Part shown: in pieces, positions 55,593 to 64,000 of the stretch
How positions within the stretch are numbered: position 1 is the first letter of the stretch
How the letters are laid out: each line of letters starts with the position of its first letter
Source of the DNA: Eledone cirrhosa
Taxonomy: Eukaryota
Length of the DNA stretch: 64,000 nt
Assembly: GCA_964016885.1 (NCBI GenBank)
Contig: OZ024740.1
Location: 67,952,001-68,016,000, forward strand
Direction: 5' to 3'
Made by a program: the position numbers and the translations under genes
Notes under the pieces: generated by a model
Told to the model about the DNA's origin: nothing
Databases searched by the model: none
What the model saw: the letters and a program-made list of their open reading frames with translations, nothing else

Positions 55593-58274
55593 TAAAAGGT
55601 ATTCCAACTTTGTCTGATTTACTCATTTTATTTACAATCCTTTAAAATTTATAATGTTATTATAATAAAATAGTATGATAGAATATTAAATGTTAAATGT
55701 TAAGTGTTAATTGAACAAGTACTTTCATGCTTTCGCAATCTTCAGGTTCGTAATGTGTGGTGACAGTCAAGTTTGCAATTTTCAACTGTAATGAGATGGG
55801 TAAATGTTGTACCTTATATACAGTGAAAATGGCTCTAGAATGCTAAATCTTGCAAACTGTATTTCGACCGCGGTGTGTAGTTTCACTGAATTACTAACGC
55901 TGATTGGTCTAGGCGTCACGGTTGGTTGAGCACTAACGACCACTATTTGATCCTATCCAAAGCATCAATTGTTTTGCTATTTTTAGAAATGATGAAAATA
56001 GCATTTTCTAGTAATCATTACTATCAACATCACTTTTATTATTATTATTATTTTTGTTGTTGTTGTTAGTGGTCGTAGTCATAGTTATTATTATTATTAT
56101 TGTTCATTTAGCTTGGGTTTGAATTTATTAATAAAATTCTTTTCTTTGATTTTTCGCTTGATTTCACTTGGGCTGGGTAATTTGTAGAATGGGAATATTA
56201 TAAATATTCGATGACCACATGTTGCTAGATGGTTACTTAGGGGTATCTGACGGACATTTGGGTCTCGTATTTGCTGTCGGTGTACCCGTGCACGTTCCGA
56301 TAGTGCATTTCCAGTTTGACCTACATATAGTTCTTCACAATTCGGGCATTTAATGCAGTAAGTTAGATTTCTGCTTTTGCAGTTCTTATTTGCATTTGGG
56401 AATTTGTTTCCAGTTTTTGTTTTCATATATTGACCGGCGTGTATAGATTGACATGTGCCGCATCGACTATCATTGCATTTAGATACAGTGAATGATTGGT
56501 CTTTTTTGTTAAGGTCAAAGTTTGCTTTTGTTAGTAATTGCTTCAAATTTTTCGGCTGTCATTTACTAAGCGTCAAAGATCGATCTGTGATTAAGCCTTT
56601 TAATTCATTACTTTGAGCAATGATCGGTAGGTTTGCTTTGGCAGTGTTGAAGATATTCTGGTGACATGGGTTGTGTGTCATTATAAATGGTATGACCAGT
56701 TCTTGGTTTCTTCTTCGTTGGGTTGTCCCAAGTTGTTGTATAGGTATTTTTATAGCCTGCTGTATGCCATTTTCTATAAGTAGAGATGGGTATTTTTGTT
56801 TGAGCAAAAATTCTCTTAGTTCTTTTAGGCGTTTGTACCTGGTATTTGTATCTTCTACAATGGTACAAATTCTTCTGGCCAGGCAGTATGGGATGTTGCG
56901 TTTTGTATGAGGTGGATGGCACGACTTAAAATTCAGATATTGATGGGTGTATGTGTGTTTATAATATATATCCGTGGTAATAGTGGTGTAGTTTTTGATT
57001 ATCATTATATCTAGGAATGGTAATTTGGTCCTACACATCTCTTTTGTGAATTGGAGTGATGGGTGTAGGTTATTTAGGAGGATATTGAACTCATCCAGAG
57101 TATCTAGAGATTCTGTCCAGATTATGAAACAGTCGTCAAGGTATCTCTACCAACATTTTTCAATGTACTTTCTAAAGTCAGTACTATATGTTTCCTCTAT
57201 TTCTTGGTAGAGTTTGTTCTAAGTATCCCATTACAGAGTTCACGTAAACGGGAGCAAACTTCGTTCCCATCGCTGTGCCTCTAATTTGGATGTAATTCTT
57301 TCTATTGTAAAGAAAGTGTTGTTTTCCAGAATAACTTTAACTGCGTCTAATATAAATGGCGCTGTGAATCTGATGAGAATCACTTCTCTATGTTTTTCCA
57401 CCCAGTATTTAACCGCCTTTATTCCCAAATCATGTGTAATGTTGGTGTAAAGGCTTACCACATCAAAACTAAGTAGAAGTAAATTCGTTTCCGTGGCTTT
57501 GGGAAGATGGGAGAGGAAGTCGATATCATTCCGAATGAAACTGGGAATGTGAATACATAGTGGTTTCAAAATAATGTCAACAAAATTGCTTAGACGGTGG
57601 GTGGGGCATGCTGGACCAGCTATAATAGGTCTATGTTTTAAGTCTTTTGGGTGTAGTAATTTAATGTACTCACTGTTTTGTTCTCTTACTGCCAGTTGTA
57701 TTTCTTTTGACTTATGAACTTTCGGTAGGCCATACAGGTTGCTGAGCTTTGGCTCAAATTGGTGATGTAGTCTCTTTCCATATCAGCAAGTGAGTTGTGG
57801 TATTTTGAAGCCAGGTTGTTGATCTTCTTCATGATGTTGTGGTCTATATTTGACGGTATTTCATGATAGAATGTTGTCTTTCTGTTGTTCCTCAACCAAA
57901 TCCTTGTAGTATTCAGCATCCATTATAACAACTGCACCCCCATTATCTGCTTGTTTAATTATTATTGTTTTATCATTTTGTATACGTTTAATTGAAGACA
58001 TTTCTGATTTGTTAATGTTTGGCCTAACATTAGTATTACGTCTAAGAGGAAATGTATACAGGATGTCAATGTATTGGTCGAGATAGATATTTCTTCCTTT
58101 TGGCGGAGTGAAATTTGATTTATTCTTTACTAGTGATTCATCACTCTCATTATTTTTATCAGCGAAGAATTCTACAAGACGTAATTTTCGACAGAATTCT
58201 TGGGTATCCTTCTTCAGTTCTTGGTGGTTGACTGTTGGTGTCGGTGTGAATTTCAGTCCTTTTGACAGAATTTG

Positions 58275-58280
<6 letters not shown>
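55590..58280 (-). mobile_element. Penelope-like element (Neptune-type), RT plus GIY-YIG, frameshifted and 5'-truncated, with 3' pLTR
   Basis: LSKGLKFTPTP, IIIKQADNGGAVVIMD, SFDVVSLYTNI, RYLDD, LPFLDI, YYKHTYTHQYL, Cys linker CNDSRCGTC, NLTYCIKCPNCEELYVGQTG (ORFs 56097-58385). Confidence 0.93.
55713..55749 (-). ncRNA. Type I minimal hammerhead in PLE 3' pLTR
   Basis: gaac-CTGAAGA-t-tgc(gaaa)gca-t-GAAA-gtac-TT-gttc. Confidence 0.85.
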
Positions 58281-58320
<40 letters not shown>

Positions 58321-58325
<5 letters not shown>

Positions 58326-59194
58326 GGAAAAATTTGAACAGGGACAAAACAGAGAGGCAGTACAATAAATGTTTATTAATTTCACGCTCAGGAGAGTGGG
58401 GGGTAGGTGGGGGACGATGTTTCGGGCATAAGCCCTTCCTCAGGTGAGAAGTATGTGGGAACAGAGTTCAAAAGGTGTGTAGGGGAGTGGTGGAGAGACA
58501 TATAGCGAAAGGAAACGGTGCGAATGAAAAAATAACAAATAAAGATAACAAATAAAAATAAAGCATGATCAAAATAAACTGAAATTAAAATGGGGGTAAA
58601 CAGGTGGTGGAAGAGTGTGGGGTGAGTAGGGGTGGTGGCGGGTGGAGTGGGGAGAGGGAGACGGGGTGCCGAGCGGGGAGGGCTGAAGGTGGTGTATGTG
58701 TGTAGGTGTTCGTGTGTGTGTGTGTGTGTGTGTGTATGTGAAAGTAAGGGTTGGGGGAAGAACGGGGTGGCATGTTCAGGAAGAGGTGTTTGTGGGGGGT
58801 GTTTTTGTGGGTCGGAGTGTCTGTGCGTGTGTGGATAGGGGGTGGGGGAGAGGAATCAGGAGGCTGGGGGTGTAAATATGTGGTGGGAAACACGTGTGTG
58901 TGGGGTTTAAGCGTGTTGTGGGTGTGGGTGGCGTGTGGAGAAAAACATTTTTTGGGGTGTGTGTGTGTGTGGGTGAGTTATATAGGTGATTACGTAAGAG
59001 GATGGTTGAAAAGTTGGTAAGTTCCAAGGATGTTTAGAGGATTGGTTGTAAGTCAATTTCTGCGTGTAGGTAATCCATGAAGCGGTGGTCGGAAGAGGAG
59101 AGATGTGGGGTGCGCGCGCAACAGGAAATGGTCAGCAGTGTGAGTGCTGTGGTCTGTTGGTGCTGGGAGGTGGTCAGAAGGGCATAGCTGCAGT
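58321..59194 (-). repeat. 3' pseudo-LTR of the GC-rich PLE, hammerhead at 58413-58446
   Basis: Direct repeat of 63109-64000; CTGAGGA-a-gggc(ttat)gccc-GAAA-ca-TC. Confidence 0.9.
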
Positions 59195-62100
59195 CGGTGG
59201 AATGGTAAGGGGGCGAGGATGGGTAGGTGTGGAAGTTGGAGTGAGGAGGGTGTGTGTGTGTGTGTATTAGTAGGGGTGTTAGAGGGATGAGTGAGTGTGG
59301 AGCGAGGGTGTGGGTGGAGCGGGGAGAGAAGGGTGTGTGTGGTTCTATGGAGGGAGTGTGGTGTACTGATGTGTGTGTAGTTTGATGAAGAGGTGTTAGT
59401 GTGTGTTAGTATACGGGAGGTGGGGAGGGGTTGAATGCAGGTGTGAGTGGGGGTTACTGGTGGTAGGGTGTGTAGAGTTGGTGGTGTACGAGGGTGTGTG
59501 GGTACGTGTGCGTGGGGTTGGGGGGTGTTAGTGATGTTAGTTGCGTGTGGGGTGGGTGGTGTAAGTGGGTGCGTGTGTTCGTGTGCTTGGGGTTACGGGG
59601 TGATAGTAAGGTTAGTTGCGGTGTGGTGGGATGGAGGTGCGGGGGTGAGAGGTGTGGGGGTGAGGGTTAGTGGTGGTAGTAGGGTGTGTGTTTAGTGTGA
59701 GCGTGTGTATATATGTGCCGGTGGGTGTGTGCGTGTGATAAGGCGGGGGGAGGAGGAGAAGAGGGGAGGGAAGGGATGTTAGTATGTAAGTTGGGGAAGG
59801 GTGGTCAGATGAGGGGTGGAGTGGAGGTGTTAGTATTGTTAGTGTGGGGTGGGCGGTGAAAAGGAGGGGTGTGTTAGTGGTGTTAGTGGGGGATAAGTGT
59901 GGGGGGAGGGGGGCGGTCGAACGCTAAAGGAATAAGGGTGGGGAATTCAGGCCGGGGGGAGTGTGGGTCTGTAAGATGAAGATAGTTCGTTGTTCGACCG
60001 TAAGGCGATGGGCGGGTGTTCCGTGGCACTGGAGTAGGCCACAGACTGTGAGATGGCGTGCGGAGTGTCCAGGGCCACCAAAGTGGCGGGCGATGGGGGA
60101 ACTGCCCCCGAGACGAATATCCCGGAGGTGCTCCGTGACTCGGTCCGCCAGGCGACGTCCAGTCTGTCCGTAGACTAGGTTGGAGGAGGTGGAGCGGAAG
60201 GCATGCCGGACCGAGAGAGAGTGGCCGTTGGGACTCTGGAAGGTGGTAGTGTTGGTGATGTGGGGACAGGTGTTGCAGCGGGGCCTAGAACAGGGTGAGG
60301 GACCGGTGGGGGGAACATAGCGTGGGTTGGGGGGTTGGGAGCTATGGACGAGGAGGGTGTGGAGATTGCGTGCGCGTTTGAAGGAGGGGAGTGGTGGGGT
60401 TGGGAAGATGTGGGAGGTGGAGGAGTAGGACTGGAGGCGTCAGAAGAGGCGGCGGAGGGTGCGGTGGAGGGGTAAGGTGTAGTGGTGGTAGGTGATGGGG
60501 AAGGGGAGACGGTGGGTGGGTGTGCGTTGGCGTGGGGTGAGGGTGGTGGAACGGGGGATAGCACGGGCGCGGGTGAGAGCGATGTAGACGAGAGAGGGTG
60601 GTAACCTCTGCGGATGAAATGGCTGACTAGGGAAAGGGCCTGGGACTCGAACTCAGCATCACGGCTACAGAGGCGGCGGATCCTGAGAAGTTGGGAATAG
60701 GGAATGGAGTGTTTAGTGTGGGTGGGGTGAGAAGAGGTGAAGTCGAGGTAAGAGTGGGAGTCGGTGGGTTTGAAGAAGGCGGAGGTGACGAGGGAGTGGT
60801 GGGAGGGGTCGAAGGCGACGGAGATGTCTAAGAAGTGGACGTGGGTGGTGGAGATAGAGATGGTGAAGTGGAGGGAGGGGTGGAAGGAGCAGAAGAAGGA
60901 GAGAAAGGAGTCGAGCTGTTCTCGGGTGAGGGTCGTGGCTCCGATATAGTCGTCAATGTAACGACCGTACAGTTCGGGCGTGGGGCCGGTGTACTGGGCA
61001 AAGATTTGGGCCTCAACATGGCCAACAAAAAGGTTGGCATAGTTCGGGCCCATTCTTGTGCCCATGGCTACCCCCGTCACCTGTTGGTAAAACTCACCCG
61101 AGAAGGAGAAATAATTTAGGGTGAAGACCAGCTCGGCGAGGCGAAGGAGGGTGGGTGTAGAGGGAATGGGGGAGGGGCGAAGTCGAGGTAGTGTTTGAGG
61201 GCGCGAAGGCCGTCGGCGTGGAGGATACTGTATAGAGGGACTTGATGTCTAGGGTGAAGAGGAAGGGCTGTGGGCCGATAGGTAGGTGAAGGAGTCGAAA
61301 AGGCGCAGGGCGTGGTTGGTGTCCGAGATGTGGGAGGGGAGGGTGGTGACAAGGGGGGCGAGGAGGGAGTCGAGAAAGACGGAGATGAGTTCGGTGGGGC
61401 AGTTGCAAGCGGAGACGATGGGGAGGCTGGTGTTGTCGGGTTTGTGGAGTTTGGGGAGGAAGTAGATGGTGGGGGTGCGGGGGGGTGCGGACGATGAGGT
61501 GGGAAGCGGTGGGGGGAGGAGGGAGGAGGCGATAAGGTCTTTGATGGTGGAGGAGACTTGCTGTTGGTAGAGGGGGGTGGGATCGGAGGGTAGAGGGCGG
61601 TAAAAGAGGGTGTTACAGAGCTGCCTGAGGGCTTCGGCCGTGTAGAGGTCCGCGCGCCATACCACTACGGCGCCTCCCTTGTCCGCCGGTTTGATGACGA
61701 TGTCATCTCGGCTACGGAGGGAGCGGAGAGTGAGGAGTTCGCCTCGTGAGATATTTTGCTGTTTGGAACGGTGGCGGAAGTCGAAACGATTTACTGCGCT
61801 ACGGCTGGCATCGACGAAGGCGTCCAGGGTGCTAAATTGCTCTGGGGCCGGCGTCCAAGAAGATGGTCGTCGGCCCAGGGCGAGAAACGGGTCTGGGGCG
61901 TCCGGAGCCGGTGGCGTTCGGCCGAAATGTGCCTGTAGGTTAGTGCGTCGCACGAATCGCTCGACTTCCGTTCGGGTGCGGAACTCGTCGCTGTGCGGAG
62001 TGTGGGGTATAAAGCGAAGGCTTCTACTAAGGAGTGAGCGCTTAGGTGCGGAGAGGGGGAGCTCAGGGGGTATGGTGACAACAAGGGGTGGGTTTGGGTG

Positions 62101-63108
62101 TTTGGGGGAGGGTGTGGTGAGGGGGTAGGTGGAGGTGTGGGTCGAGGGAGAGGTGGAGTGTGGTGGGCGTATGGGGATGGGCGGGTGGTGGTGGATGGGG
62201 GGTGTATTTTGCGGGCTTTGGTGGAGCTGAGGAACGAGAAGAGGTTGTGGTTGAGGTTGTGGATGAAGGAGAGGATGGCTTGGGCGAGGAGGGGGTGGCA
62301 GGTGGAGTAAAGGCGGTGGAGGGTGGGGGTCAGTTGGTGGTCAAGTAGGCGGAGGGTGGAACGGGAGGCGCGGATGGAGTTGCGCATCAGGAGGCGTGAG
62401 GATCGGGTGAGGATACGTTGCGTGGAGGGGGAAGCGGCGGGGGAAGGGGTGGAAGTGTAGACGGAAGCCGAGGGGGATAAGGTGGAAGCGGAGGCAGTGG
62501 CTGAGGAAATGGATCTTGCTGGAGTGCCGGGTTTTGGCGAAGAGAAGGTAGGAGAGTTGAAGGGCGGAGGGGAGATAGCAGGGTGGGAGGAGGGGGGTGA
62601 GGAAAAGTTTGAGGCGATTGTGTAGTTGGTGGAGAAAGGATCTCAGGTTGGGCATGATGGGCGTTGGGTGAAAGCAGGGGGAGGGATGAGAGGGCAGGGG
62701 TGTGAAGCGGGATGGAGTGAACGAAAGGGTGAGTGCGAAGGATAGGCAGATACGGGGAAGGGAAAATGAAACAGAAAAACGTAGGGGGGAGTAAACACAG
62801 GAAAATTAAAGACAAAAAATCATAAAGGTAAAAACACAGGCGATCGTGAACAAAAAATCATAAAGGTAAAAACACAGGCAACCGTGAACAAAAAATCATA
62901 GAAATACAATTCTAAGAACACAGGCAAAGAATCTTATAAGGAAAAAAATGTACGGTAACAAAATCAAACAGAGGTAATGCGTGGAATGAAAGACCAAGTG
63001 TGGGAAGGTGTGTAAAGTTTGGAGAAAGGTCACGGCAGATTAGATCGGGGTTGAGCCGGTTGTTAAGTTATGTTCCAAGGATGGAAGCCGTGTGAGCGTG
63101 TATTATAT
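58321..63108 (-). mobile_element. Full-length GC-rich Penelope-like element (Neptune-type), frameshifted
   Basis: ORF pieces 62655 to ~59930: IVIKPADKGGAVVVW, IYFLPKLHKP, LFTLDIKSLYT, GVAMGTRMGPNYANLFVG, RYIDD, FLDI, KPTDSHSYL, CSRPRCNTC linker, GQTGRRLADRVTEH. Confidence 0.92.
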
Positions 63109-64000
63109 ATAATGGAAACATTTGAACAGGGACAAAACAGAGAGGCAGTACAATAAATGTTTATTAATTTCACGCTCAGTAGAGTGGGGGGTAGGTGGGG
63201 GACGACGTTTCGGGCATAAGCCCTTCCTCAGGTGAGAAGTGTGTGGGAACAGAGTTCAAAAGGTGTGTAGGGGAGTGGTGGAGAGACATATAGCGAAAGG
63301 AAACGGTGCGAATGAAAAAATAACAAATAAAGATAAAAAATAAAAATAAAGCATGATCAAAATACAAGGGATGAGAAAATTAAAAAATAAAGGCATGATC
63401 AAAATAAACTGAAATTAAAAGGGGGATAAACAGGTGGTGTAAGGGTGTGGGGTGGAGTGGGGAGAGGGAGACGGGTGTCCGAGCGGGGAGGGCTGAAGGT
63501 GGTGTGTGTGTGTAGGTGTGCGTGTGTGTGTGTGTGTGTGTATGTGAAAGTAAGGGTTGGGGGAAGAACGGGGTTGCATGTTCAGGAAGAGGCGTGTGTG
63601 GGGGGTGTATTTGTGGGTCGGAGTGTCTGTGCGTGTGTGGATAGGGGGGTGGGGGGAGAGGAAGCAGGAGGCTGAGAGTATAAATATGTGGTGGGAAGCA
63701 CGTGTGTGTGGGGTTTAAGCGTGTTGTGGGTGTGGTTGGCGTGTGGAGGAAAACAATATTTTGGGGTGTGTGTGTGGGTGAGTTATATAGGTGATTACGT
63801 AAGAGGATGGTTGAAAAGTTGGTAAGTTCCAAGGATATTTAGAGGATTGGTTGTAAGTCAATTTCTGCGTGTGGGCAATCCATGAAGCGGTGGTCGGAAG
63901 AGGAGAGATGTGGGATGCGCGCGCAACAGGAAGTGGTCAGCAGTGGGAGTGCTGTGGTCTGTTGGTGCTGGGAGGTGGTCAGAAGGGCATAGCTGCAGTC
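63109..64000 (-). repeat. Upstream pseudo-LTR or tail of a tandem copy, runs off the window
   Basis: Matches 58321-59194 up to the last base of the window. Confidence 0.9.
63202..63234 (-). ncRNA. Minimal hammerhead in PLE pLTR
   Basis: ac-CTGAGGA-a-gggc(ttat)gccc-GAAA-cg-TC-gt; very short stems I and III. Confidence 0.7.

Noticed and set aside
57861-58385. ORF start at 58385 as the true N-terminus of the PLE protein
   Set aside because: It reads through the neighbouring element's pLTR and a (TA)n tract; homology starts near 58280

Overview
AT-rich, microsatellite-saturated animal DNA. The (TA)n/(CA)n density and the tRNA-head/Meta-domain SINEs suggest an octopod cephalopod, which is inference only. 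I can support no host protein-coding gene; most ORFs in the track are microsatellite read-through. The window is filled with retroelement remains: an RTE/BovB LINE and two more RTE-type fragments, three R4/Dong-clade RLE LINEs (two in tandem in TAA arrays, one a two-family chimera), a CRE-clade RT fragment, two long Penelope-like elements (PLEs; RT plus GIY-YIG) and several short PLE remnants, about ten tRNA-derived SINEs, and a 405-bp bipartite RTE-derived non-autonomous element. The main signal not explained by the ORF track is a dense set of minimal type-I hammerhead ribozyme motifs: about 17 copies from about 10 unrelated sequence families, nearly all with a self-complementary stem III. 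They sit in PLE pseudo-LTRs and in ORF-less tandem units of 472 and 591 bp that look like retrozymes (circRNA-producing non-autonomous elements). One family has the compensatory U3:A8 core. Several are embedded in fold-back (inverted-duplication) structures next to (TA)n tracts. All RNA folds were read by eye and need covariance-model and cleavage tests.
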